In this document: positions 38,861 to 50,201 of the stretch, one piece after another
Layout of the letters: every line of letters starts with the position of its first letter
Position numbering within the stretch: position 1 is the first letter of the stretch
Source: Octopus bimaculoides
Lineage: Eukaryota
Length of the DNA: 64,000 nucleotides
Assembly: GCF_001194135.2 (NCBI RefSeq)
Contig: NC_068993.1
Span: 16,524,942-16,588,941 of the forward strand
Direction of reading: 5' to 3'
The notes under the pieces: model-generated
Seen by the model: the letters and a program-made list of their open reading frames with translations, nothing else
Database searches by the model: none
What the model was told of the DNA's origin: nothing
Made by a program: the position numbers and the translations under genes

Positions 38861-40450
38861 ACAAGAAATACTACCCATTTTGTAAGCCAAACAAATCTGT
38901 CTCATATATCAATGTCTCCTCCAATCATCCAAAATCTATTATTGATAACATCGTCAGTACTATCTTGATCAGAATCTCTAACTTGTCCACAAACAAAGAG
39001 ATTTTTGATCAACATGCACTGGTATACAACAATGCTCTAAAATTAAGCGGCTTCAAAACTAAAATCTCATATATACCTAACACAAGATTTGAGAACAAAA
39101 TGGCTGGCCTACCACCTGACCATGTCACAGAAAGTCAAGAGAAATGCAATGTATTATTTGATTGCAAGCAATGTAAGCCATCAGTTAGATACTTATATAA
39201 AGAGGTTAGGAATAGACACTGGGAGCGAAATAGTGGCAGTGAGAAGATGAATAAAACCAAGAGTTCATGTTCTAGAATACGGGAAGTCGTATGGTTTGCC
39301 CCCACTTTTTCTCTTAGAGTAAGAAATTTGCCCAAGTTGTTTTTTTAAGATTCTGAAGGAGAATTTCCCAAAGAATCATAAATACTACAACATCTGCAAT
39401 AAATCCTTCATCAAATTTTCTTACTCGGTAATACCGAATTTGGCATCCATTACTGCATTTATTAACAGAAGCAAATTAAATGGGTAAGTGCACAGGAAGT
39501 ATTCCTATGTTGGAAACCCTGGTATTGGGTAGGTAAGCTCTAATAAGCCTAAGGTTAGTGTCACAAACCATTTACTTCCACCGGCCTTATTGACTCCCTG
39601 TAAGAGATATCTGAAGGGAAGAACGCTGGAAGCCAGATAAGTAATGTTAGTATTAGTAATAGGAATATGGGTGGTTCTAGTAAATCCTGTAATTGTAGAA
39701 ACCCTAGATTATGTCCCCTTGACAGATTCTGTCTGACTACTAATGCTATATATAAATGCGTTGTTAAAGTGGAGTGTAATTTGGATATGTTTTACATAGG
39801 CTATATAGTCAATTTTAAGGTGAGAGATAGTCCACATTAATTCGTTTTTGAACAAAAAATATTGTAGCTCCACTACACTTGCATCTTATATACATGGTTT
39901 AAAGAGGAATAAAAAAATTACTCTCTTGAATGGTTTTTTATCTCAAGGGCTCTTTATTTTAGAGTTGATATTAACAAGTGCAAGTTGTGTATAAGAGAAT
40001 CTCTTGCCATCCGTAAGTCCTTTGGGCCTAAAATATTAATTAAATTTGCAGAGGTGATCCCTTTTTGCAACCATAAGTAAAACTAGATGTGGTAAATAAT
40101 ATTTAGTTTTACTGGGTTTTGAAACCAGATAGTAAAAATTCCTATTATTAGCAGCCACTTGCATGTTTAGCAATGAAATAAAATAATTTCTTTTTTTGTG
40201 TGTGTGTATTAGAAAATTGGACTGGTCCTGCGATAGATTATTATCTTTAAATTGGGTATGCAGTCATTTTGTAGCTCCCGTGAATGAACAATTAGTTGAG
40301 ATTCCTGTTCAGCCTGATGAGGGGGTCATTGCCAAGATGCACCTTAACTTGTAATCGAACTGTGGCTGTGAACTTCTGAAATAGTCATAGATGTGTTTGA
40401 CTTGATTTTGTGAAACTCTCTTACGCTTCTGGACTCCAACCTACCTTGGT
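38860..40450 (+). mobile_element. Penelope-like retroelement, 5'-truncated: RT C-terminus, GIY-YIG endonuclease and 3' terminal repeat
   Basis: NKKYYPFCKPNKSVSYINVSSNHPKSII...RISNLSTN...YNNALKLSGF (PLE thumb), then VVWFAPTF.../ENFPKNHKYYNICNKSFIKFSYS, then CNCRNPRLCPLDRFC..NAIYKC...FYIG..NFKVR and CKLCIRE. Frameshift at poly-T ~39340 and internal stops. Confidence 0.9.
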
Positions 40451-43274
40451 TTTTATGAAATGAACCTTTTTGACATATTTTTATTTGAGGGGAGTAAAAA
40501 ATTCTTGTAGTCAATTGATATTTTATTTTATTTAGATTCTTAGTTGCATGACATGCTTTAGAATTTTTAGTTGATGGTATATACCTTCTTGATAGACCAT
40601 TCTATATATCTGTATTTTTATTTGCATATATATTTTTTACCTACTGTGCTTTTTATATATGTATTCTTTATAAGTTAAAGGCCATGGTGATATTTATATG
40701 TGATCAAATGTATGGAAGCATGGTGTTATAAAAAGACGTTGACACGAATTTGATGTTTGTTCTCTGATCAATGTTTTTTTTACACACACATATATATTGG
40801 TGATAGAGGCAGAATTAATACTGAGTGGTGATAATATTTAACCCTATTTAACTGTGGATGTTCTGTCAGAACAAACTTTACTGCAGTAGATACCATGAGA
40901 GAAACTGTCATATAGACTTTTGGTGCAAAATGCATACTTGTTTATATATAGCTGGTGGGGAGACAAATAGTGCCAAGACCACCAGATCCTGTGATATCCA
41001 CCTTCCTTGGTTTCATCAACTCACCTCCCCACCAGCAATATATAGAAAACCAGTGCCAGAACTGGTACTGGTGTGGCAATTAGCCAATGAGTTTTAGCGA
41101 CTGAAGCAGTATTGATATCGAAGGGTTTAATATTTAACCCCACTTAAACGTGGATGTTCTCCCCACTAGTGATATGAACAAGTGTACATTTTGCATCAAA
41201 AACTGATATGAGAGATTGTCTCATAGCATCTACTGCAGTAAAGTTTGTTATAATGGAACCTCTACGTTTAAGTAGGGATAAATATTACCTCTTCATATTA
41301 ATACCTCTTCTGTTCTTAATATATATATTTTTAACAAACTGACTGGCTAACTACAACACCAGTACCTGTTTTGGTACTCATTTTCTATATACCGCTGGCA
41401 TGGAGGTGAGTCAAGCGCCCATCATTGATGAGACCAAGGAAGGTTGAAATCATGTGATATGGTGATCTCAGTGCTAGAGTTGGTGGGAATTTGTCTCCCT
41501 GCTAGCAATATAAACAAGTGTGCATTTTACACCAAAAGCCTGTATGAGAGCTTCTCTCATGGTGTCTGTTGTAATAAAGCTTATTCTAACAGAACATCCA
41601 CATTTAAGTGAATACATGATCTGTGTCTTCTGTCCTGCCGTTTTTTAAAACAAAAGTCAATGTGTTATTTGAAAGAGTTTTGGCTGCTGGTAGAGGTATT
41701 CTGCAAAGCTTTTTCTTTCTCATTAACTCAAGTTTAGACAAAAGTACTGTTGTTTTCCAGTCTTAGGCCAGCTCTGAAAAGCACCCCTATAGATAAATGT
41801 TATTTTAGCCATGTTCATCCCAGATTTTCTTCTTAATTATTTCCTGATGCAGTGTATCTAATACTACACTACTGAATGTGTCTTATCTTAAGATTGTAAG
41901 GTGTGATGTTAGTAATGCTATATGACTTGAGGAAGATTGAAATACCATTTCTATAAGGCCAATGACCATGCAGGTGTTCCCTTCAGTTAATCTTTTTTTA
42001 TTGCTGCTTAGCTCCAGGTAAACTCTAATTAAGCAAGTCTATAATCAAAAGGATTCCAGATCTAACCACACCATTTTTTTAGAGCTATATCCAACATCAT
42101 CCTTTAACATTCATTTTCCATGCTGGCATGGGTTGGGTGGTTTGACCGAAGCTGGCAAATCATCGAGCTGCACCAGGCTCCACTCTGATTTGGCTTGGTT
42201 TCTATAGTTAGATGTCCATGCTAATGCCAACCACCTAGCAGTGTGTGCTGAGTGCTTTTAATGTGGCACTGGCATGATCCATGACCAGTATAACGTTATT
42301 CTATATGTCCTTTCCTTATCTAAGATAATGGGGTGTGTTTTAGCAGATCAAACAACCTTAGATGATGTAGAGATTTAAGGCGATAAGATTAAAGGAAGTA
42401 GAACTATAGAACTAGAGACATGGTAGATAGATCAGAATATGTAACTTATAGTACTTAATTATACTCCATTATGATTCTGAGTTCAAATTCTGTTATTGTC
42501 AGCTTTGTTTTTTTCTTCCGGGGCTGTTGTTGATTTTGATGTTTAGCTCCAGGTCTACTCTGATCCAGCAGACCTATGATCAAGGGAATTTAAATCCCAT
42601 TTTTTATTATTATTATCATGTAATATACTTATGACTACATTATCTAATGTCTCTTTTTTTCACAACAGTAGAATGTAAATTAAGGAAGATTTGGTTGTTG
42701 TTTCTATCAGATTGAGTAATCATACAGAGATAACCTTCGTATGTCTCATTGTGGTTAGTGAAATAAGTATTAGTTACAAACTCTATTAACTCTAGTTAAT
42801 AATAGAATTAATTGAAATGACTTGTAGTTCACTAGTAGTAATTTGTTGTTTATATAGCATTATGTTTAATTATTAATTACAATTATTGAAGACAGTTATA
42901 CTGGGCAAAATATATTGATGTATTTAGTTATAGCTTTTTGCTTTTACCTTTCATCATTCTGACGATAATAGCATCACTGAATTACTGCAATTAATTAGAT
43001 AAACTACATCACCCCATCAGATCTGTAGCACTATACCTAATTTAGAAATCATTAGAGTTGTTGTTATTATGAGAGTAAATAGATGGCAAAACCAGTGCAG
43101 CATTGGCTAAAATGCCTTCAAGCACTGAATCTTGTCTCTTTTCATTCTGAGTTCAAATACTGCCCAAGTTGAATTTGCTTTTTGTTCTTCAGTGATAAGT
43201 ACCAATCACATATCGATATTAATTTAATTAACTGCTTCTTCCTCCCAAATTTACTCCCATTGTGTAACAATATA

Positions 43275-44531
43275 TTAGGTCATCTCATAAATAATGTGGT
43301 TTTTTGAATTGTATGAACTAAAAGTCAGGGGAGTATGGGATAAACTACCTGCATCAACATGCTATAAAAGCAGGTAGAAATTTCACCTTGTTCTTATTCT
43401 TAGTACAAGTTTTGAAAAGTGTAGTTCAATTTTAACAGCTAGTTTTTCAAAGCTATAATGGAAATGACAAAGGAGGCATATTTTGCTTTATGAGTTCAGT
43501 AAAGGCAACAACACAATGGAAAGTGCAAGGGATATTAATGCAGTATATGAGGATTGGACAATAAGCATAAGCCAGAGTCAATGGTGGTTCCAGAAATTCT
43601 GAGCTGGAAACTACATCCTAGAAAACAAGCCTTGTCCTGGAAGATCTGTAGAGCTCAACAAGGATGTCCTGCAAGCTCTGGTGGAACAAAATTCCATCGT
43701 AACTGTTGAGGAACTAGCAGAGAATCTTGGATTTGACCATTCAGCCATTCATCAACACCTGTGTGCAACTAGAAAAGTCAGCAGGTTGGGTCAGTGGGTT
43801 CCTCACAAATTTTCCAAGTCTAATTGTGCACAGAGAGTGAATGTGTGCTCTTTGCTGTCACATCTCACAAATGAACCTTTTTTAGGACTGAATAGTGACT
43901 GGTGATGAGAAATGGGTTCTCTATAAAAATGTCAAGTGGGTAGGGAAAGGAGAAACACTGGCAACCCAGGCTAAAGGAAGTCTTCACCCACTTAAGGTGG
44001 TGTTATCTGTTTGGTGGGATATGAAAAGTTTAGTCCACTTTGAACTTTTAAACCCAATCCAAGCGATAACAGGTGATCTGCTGCGAGTAGCTTGAGCATC
44101 TCAAGTCAGGGCTAGAAGATAAATGACTGTCTTTGGTTTCAAGACGGAAAGTGTTCTTCCATCAGGATAATGCTTGGCCACATACAGCGAGGATGATATT
44201 CCAAAGGTTGGAACAGTTTGAATGGGAAATGATGCCCCACCCATCATATTTGCCAGACATTACCCCATCTGATTGTCATTTATTCCAAAGTTTTCAAAAT
44301 CATTTGGATGAAAAAAATATGAATTCTCTAGATGAGGTCAGAACAGTATTTGAGTACTTTTTGTCATGGACAAGTGAATTTTGGGAGAGGGGCCTTGAAA
44401 GTTTACCAGATAAATGGAAGAGCATTATAGAAAATGAAGGATAGTATATTTTAGATTAAAAAAGAACTTTAACTTAATTTTGGAAAATAAAAGAAGTATA
44501 AAAAAAACACACTATTTATGAGATAATACTT
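43275..44531 (+). mobile_element. Full-length mariner (D,D34D) element with degraded transposase (~43458-44459)
   Basis: TIRs ttaggtcatctcataaataatgtggtttttt and aaaaaacacactatttatgagataat, ~1.26 kb. Motifs WVPHKF, TGDEKW, HQDNA, HPSYLPDITPSDCHLF, FWERGLESLPDKW. Multiple stops and frameshifts. Confidence 0.95.
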
Positions 44532-44554
44532 TATATTATTCTTGATAAACTGGC

Positions 44555-44970
44555 AATATTTTGGCAAATGCAATTTAGTAATGGATTATATTCCTTGCAG
44601 CATTTTCTTTCATGTTCAAAGTTGACTATTGCTTTTTGTCCTTTTATGGTCAATTAACAAAAGTACCAATCTATTGGGGGTGGGGGGCAGATATGTCTTG
44701 ATAGACATTACTCTTCCCCACAAAATTCTGTCCTTGTGTCTTTGTTAGAAATCATAATTATTATAGATAATATAAAGGCAGTGTGCTAGATAAAATGCTT
44801 GGTAGCACTTCTACCAGCTCTTTACATTCTGAGTTCAAATGTTGCTGAGGTTAACACTGCCTTTCCTCCTTCATGGGTCAATAAAGTAAGTACCAGTCGA
44901 GCACTGGGGTTGATGTAATCAAATTCCTTCAAAATTGTTGACCTTGTGACAATATTAGAAAGGATTATTC
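44555..44970 (+). mobile_element. Tandem pair of SINE family F copies
   Basis: Two cores (gttcaaa...ttgct/actgccttt...aagtacca) ending ccttgtg..t..ttagaaa(tc/gg)at(a/t)att. Confidence 0.7.
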
Positions 44971-45103
44971 GGGATAATATATTTTTGTGCTCTGCATAAC
45001 TAAATGACTATTTCACTTTAACTATAAGAGACTTTAAAGGCAACTACTGATAACCATATCTTAAATATATTCTTATTTACAATATGATACCAAAATCAAG
45101 TTA

Positions 45104-45510
45104 CCGTAAATCCTCGAGTATAATCTGCACTTTTTTCCCAAAATTTAAAGGTCAAAATTTCTAGTGCGTACTATATATGAGGTTAAAAATGAAAAAATAT
45201 TTTCTAAGTGATAAATATGTAAAGGCAATTTATTTAATATTTATTTTTCACTGACGTTATTACTGTTATTTATTTATTTTCTGCAAAATGCACAAAAAAG
45301 CCACACGTTTGCATTATGTTATATATACAATAATAATAAAGGACATTACCATATATACGTTTGCAAACCAAGGACGTTATATAGACCTCCTTGACTCAAG
45401 TTAGAGAAGGGTGCGTATTATACACAAGGTTTAGGGTTTTCAGAGGTACAGCTTCCTAAAAATCCCCTACGTATTATACTCAAGGGCAGACTATACTCGA
45501 GGATTTACAG
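45104..45510. mobile_element. pogo/Tc2-like MITE, 407 bp, TA TSD
   Basis: 25-bp TIRs ccgtaaatcctcgagtataatctgc / gcagactatactcgaggatttacag (23/25 identical), flanked by TA at 45102-45103 and 45511-45512. Confidence 0.9.
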
Positions 45511-46139
45511 TATTTAAACCTCATCCCCTCCCAAGTCCACTGGCCCATGATCAATGGCATTCAGCTGTGACTTTCCCACTTGTTTTTTCTGGCATAGTCT
45601 ACCATTGACTGCATTATCTCATGTGCCTTTTAAGATGGTGGAGTGTTATTTGCGGGAGGTTTTGCCACTATCTCTTGCAGATCAAGCTACCATTTAGTAC
45701 AAGTTTTGTCATTGGTTATGATGTCAAAGGTGAACCAATGTAAATTGGTTGACCACTGAACTCCATATCTTTCTATATGTAGTTTGAACCAAGTTATTTT
45801 TTGTTTATCTATGTTCCGAGGCTAGGAGTATTGGCCTTATATTCTAGCTCCCAAAATTTAACAACATAGACATCAGTAATACATTAGGATCAAGTCAATT
45901 GACAATTCTCTATATTCTTATATCAAGGAATCAGTTTGGCTAAACATCCAATTCACAATGTTTGATAGAGTTAATTCTGGTCTAAACAGTATGGAGGAAA
46001 TTTCTCGACACTAACTCATCCAAGACTTTCTCAGGTTCTTATAAAAACCCCCTTATTTTAAAGTGATCCATATTTTAATCAAAAGCTTCCATCATAATTT
46101 TATGCCAGAACTTTTTTGTTGTGGTTCAAGCACTAGCTT

Positions 46140-46412
46140 AATATATCCCTTCAATCAGGGGCCATATGGCACTTAGGGGTTCATATGGCACTTGGGATCC
46201 ATGTAAGATTTTGTTGTTTAAATTTATGTGCAATAAACTGGTATTCTACAACACACAAAATATATATATATTTTTTTTTTTAGACAATTTCTAATAGTAT
46301 TTAACTGTAAAAATATAATAGGATTTTTTAAACATTGAATGGCTGTGAGGATCCATCCGAATAAAGTAAGAATCACAGGGATCCGTAAGTAAAAAGTGGT
46401 TGAGAACCATTG
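46140..46412 (-). mobile_element. hAT-like MITE, copy 3
   Basis: Ends aaaagtggttgagaaccattg; shares ggggttcatat, ggatcca and ttttttaaacattga with 8410-8756. Left end is degenerate. Confidence 0.65.
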
Positions 46413-46714
46413 TACTAGATACTTACTTACTTGCACTGGGTACTTACTTGACCAATTTGTAAATAGCAGCTAAATCTCCAACAGACTACTGTCTTAATAA
46501 AAATTTTTAAAAAAACACTGGAAAAATGAATTCTAGCTCCGTGGAAAACAATATAGGGTGATCATGGCTGGAATGCCTCTGATCATCAGTCTGTTCAATC
46601 AGGGTTTGACCTGGGTTTAAATAACCCACCACCAATTTATAATTAAAGTTATTATTTTACTAAATTCTTGATTATTTTCAAAATTAATTAGTATATAGGT
46701 GGCATATTTCATTC

Positions 46715-46820
46715 CAAGGGTCGGCTGAAAAGTTCATAGGTTAACTATGAAGGAGTGATGCTAGAGTTGCGAAATCTTACATGAATTAATTTCAACTCTT
46801 CTTATTAATAACTGCATCGT
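46715..46820 (+). mobile_element. Solo left end of the mariner family at 53036
   Basis: caagggtcggctgaaaagttcataggttaactatgaaggagtgatgctagagttgcgaaatcttacatgaattaat aligns to 53036-53140. Confidence 0.8.
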
Positions 46821-47259
46821 AGAAACATATTTCATGAAAGAGTTAATTAATGATGTTAGATCTTTTAAGCTGCTCCAGTTAGCAAAACTTAGCTAGAACA
46901 GCAAAAACTCAAACACTTTGCTATTCTGTTTCTATGAATATTCACTTTGTATTTCAATTCACTTGCGCCATATTCTTGGCAAGAACACCACTTAAATCCC
47001 TGTAGGCCATTCTTTGTTTGGCTATTTTTCAAAGCTCCTCTACTACAGAAACATTTCTCTATTTTTAAACATTTTCAACCATTTCTGTAATGGGTTGGAT
47101 TCTACAGTAAAATTAAATATTTACATGTAACACTTTGTACAGATATTTTACAGCTGGAAAATTAACTGTCTAGTGTAAACCACTCAAATTTGAAATGGCA
47201 CTAAGTCACTTCATTTTTTTTTTTTAAATTCCAGCTAAACAACAAAACATAATATCACA

Positions 47260-47316
<57 letters not shown>

Positions 47317-47749
47317 CTCTTTTCCTTTTGTTATACTTTTTAATGTGGTCAGCTTTTAAGAGAATTAGAATGTTTGTATGTTGTTGATTTGGCAGCAATA
47401 TAGGGTGTTAACAGATAGTGTTGATGTGTCAGCAGTGTAGTACTTCAACAGGTGTCTCATTTCATCTGTCTTGGCACAGTGCGATTGGGTAGTTGATTTG
47501 GGCTCTATAGTATCATGCACCCCCTCCCCTCCTCACATTGTATGTTGTCATAGATTGACAACTGATTTAAATTGATCCCCTTAATTGACAGGTACTTTAT
47601 TTTATCACCCCCTTGTCAAATGAAAAGCAAGGCTGACATTGTTATTATTTGAAGTTTGAGGGTGAAGAACCAGAAAAAAATAAAGGGATACTTAGTGCTT
47701 GTCTTGATTCCACAACAACAGAAAATTCTCATACATAATTTACCAGAGT

Positions 47750-47930
47750 TGCCAAAATGTGAAGGGCAGTTTGTATAATGCTTGTATATGAACTGCAGTG
47801 TCTCATGATAGTGAGACATGGTCCTTGAATAATGTTGACATGCATGAACTGGGTATAAAGGAATTGGATATAGTGCAAGAGACAAGGCTGCATACTAGTA
47901 TGGGCATGTGATGCATATAGAGAACTAGCA
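47750..47930 (+). mobile_element. RTE-derived fragment, internally deleted
   Basis: gtgaagggcagtttgtataatgcttgt...catgatagtgagacatgg...ggtataaaggaattggatatagtgcaagagacaaggctg is homologous to 10255-10490 and 54045-54230. Confidence 0.65.
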
Positions 47931-48454
47931 AACTCACCTGTCCTTTGGATGGTTTAAGTTGCTTTGGTGGTATTTTTTTCACCAAATAATTGAACTACTG
48001 AGAAGGTTTATGAGTAGCATGGCAATCTATGTTTCTGATTAACCAAGTAATGGAAAATCAAATTGAAGGCTGGTTATTGTGGAGGTTGTTGCATTTTAAT
48101 GATCATAGGTATAAGTTCGCAAGCGATGTAAAGTAGAGCTACTGAAATGTTTTGGGAGTAGATTACAGATAATGACTACAAAATATAGTTGTTTTACATG
48201 AAAGCAAAATTTCCTGTTGGAAACGGCCACATAAATGGTGTAATGAAATTGAAGTTGAAACTTCCCCTCTGCAAATTAATTTTTTTCAACAGCAAAGGGA
48301 GCTATTTTTTTTGGAGAGAAGCTAACAAATGCCCCTTTATTCTGTATTCCCACATAGCCTGCATATAAACTAACAGTGAATGCTGCATAAAGTTAAATTG
48401 GTATGGAGCTTTCTGAAAGATACATATAGCTTTCACTAGTGGAAGCAAAACTAG

Positions 48455-48870
48455 GAGGAAGCTAGTTGATTACACAGACCCCAATGTATAACTGGTACTT
48501 AATTTATTGACCCCGAAAGGATGAAAAGCAAAGTCAACTTTGGCAGAATTTGAACTCAGAACATAGAGGCAGATGAAATAATAATAATAATAATCCTTTC
48601 TTTATTAGCCACACAGGCCAACAAAAATAAGGTAATAATAATAATAATCCTTTCTACTAAAGGCACAAGGCCTGAAATTTGGGGGTGGGAAAGTGGGCCA
48701 GTTGATTAGATCACCCCTTGTTTACCACTGGTACTTATATTATTGATCCCAAAAAGATGAAAGGCAAAGTCAACCTTGGCGTAATTTGAACTCAGAATGT
48801 GAAGACAGATGAAATACCACAAAGTATTTTTTCCAGTGTACTAATGATTCTGCCACCTCACCATTGATAT
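48455..48870 (-). mobile_element. Tandem SINE family F copies joined through (AAT)n tails
   Basis: actggtacttaatttattgaccccgaaaggatgaaaagcaaagtcaac and a second full core at 48640-48865, separated by aataataataataatcctttct units. Confidence 0.8.
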
Positions 48871-49288
48871 GGTGTGTATGTATGAATGTGTGTACATTTG
48901 TGCATGTATGTATGTGTTTATGCATGCATGTGTGTATGTGTGTGTCTGCATTTGTTTACATCTGTGTTTGTTTACATCTGCAACTTCTTGTTTTTGTCAG
49001 TTTGCTCTGTCAGCAAATCGCCTGATTCCTTCATACCTTCAAAGCCATGTTGAATATGCAATCACTTATTTAGAAAACAAGTAAAAGTTAGCATCGGAAA
49101 AGCATCTGGCTGTAAAACAATGCTTCAGATAACATGTTTGTCCAAACTATGAAATCCTGGAAAAACGGACATAAAAGGGATGCGCAAATACGTGTATAAA
49201 TATGTCTATGCATAAACATGTGTATATGTGTGCATACATTTGCATACATGTGAGTGTATCTGTGTGTGTGTGTGTATATATGTATATA

Positions 49289-49346
<58 letters not shown>

Positions 49347-49949
49347 CATACACACACATACATGTATACATTTACACACACACACACATTTATATATATA
49401 ATCTTCTTAATATCCACATTTCCAGCTTCCTGGATACCCTTCTTGTCACCAGCTCTCACTGGTTTCCAAGCAAGGTAATGTTTCCCTTGGAAATGACACT
49501 GCTATTAAGACTGTCACTCATTTACAAGTGGTACATGATGTTAAGAGATGGGAACCCCCCCCCCCCCCTACACACACACACGACAGGCTTCTTTCAGTTT
49601 CCAACCACCAAATCCACTGGCATGGATTTGACAACAGCTGTACTACAAGAAACTTGCCCAATGTGTTATACTGTAGGGTTGAATCCAAGTAGTTGGGAAG
49701 CAAACATCTTTACCGCATAATATATACAGAAGTTTACAGACCCGCAGAAGTTTACAGCACACAGTCAAAATTCCAAGTTTGCATATAGTGAGTTAACACT
49801 GATTAATGAAATTTCCACCATATATGAAATTTTTTGTAACAAATTCAATGTAAAAATTAGAATTTCATAATAATGAACAGAAATTTTTATATGGCAAAAA
49901 GTTGAAATTCAAAATGCAAAAGTTTACAACACATTTAACTCAATTGATA

Positions 49950-50165
49950 TCAAAAGTTATTCATCACCATGAGGTGAACACGAGCAATGTTTTCCTGTTG
50001 AAGTCTTCTTTAAACTGTCAGATGTCAGTTTTGATGGAAAGAAACAATGCAATTATTAATAAGTAGATCAGAAATTAATGCATGCAAGATTTCACAGCCC
50101 TAGCATCACTCCTTCATAGTTAGCCTATTAACTTTGCAGCCCACCCACATATGTGTGTACATATT

Positions 50166-50166
<1 letters not shown>
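49950..50166 (-). mobile_element. Mariner left end plus flank; inverted duplicate of 53019-53237
   Basis: Reverse complement aatatgtacacacatatgtgggtgggctgcaaagttaataggctaactatgaaggagtgatgctagggctgtgaaat... aligns to 53020 onward. Confidence 0.9.

Positions 50167-50201
<35 letters not shown>

Noticed and set aside
38680-39348. 222-aa ORF as a host gene
   Set aside because: The start is microsatellite and gap; the remainder is Penelope RT thumb sequence.
43681-44444. SETMAR-like domesticated gene
   Set aside because: Both TIRs present, transposase broken by stops and frameshifts, and no SET-domain exon seen.
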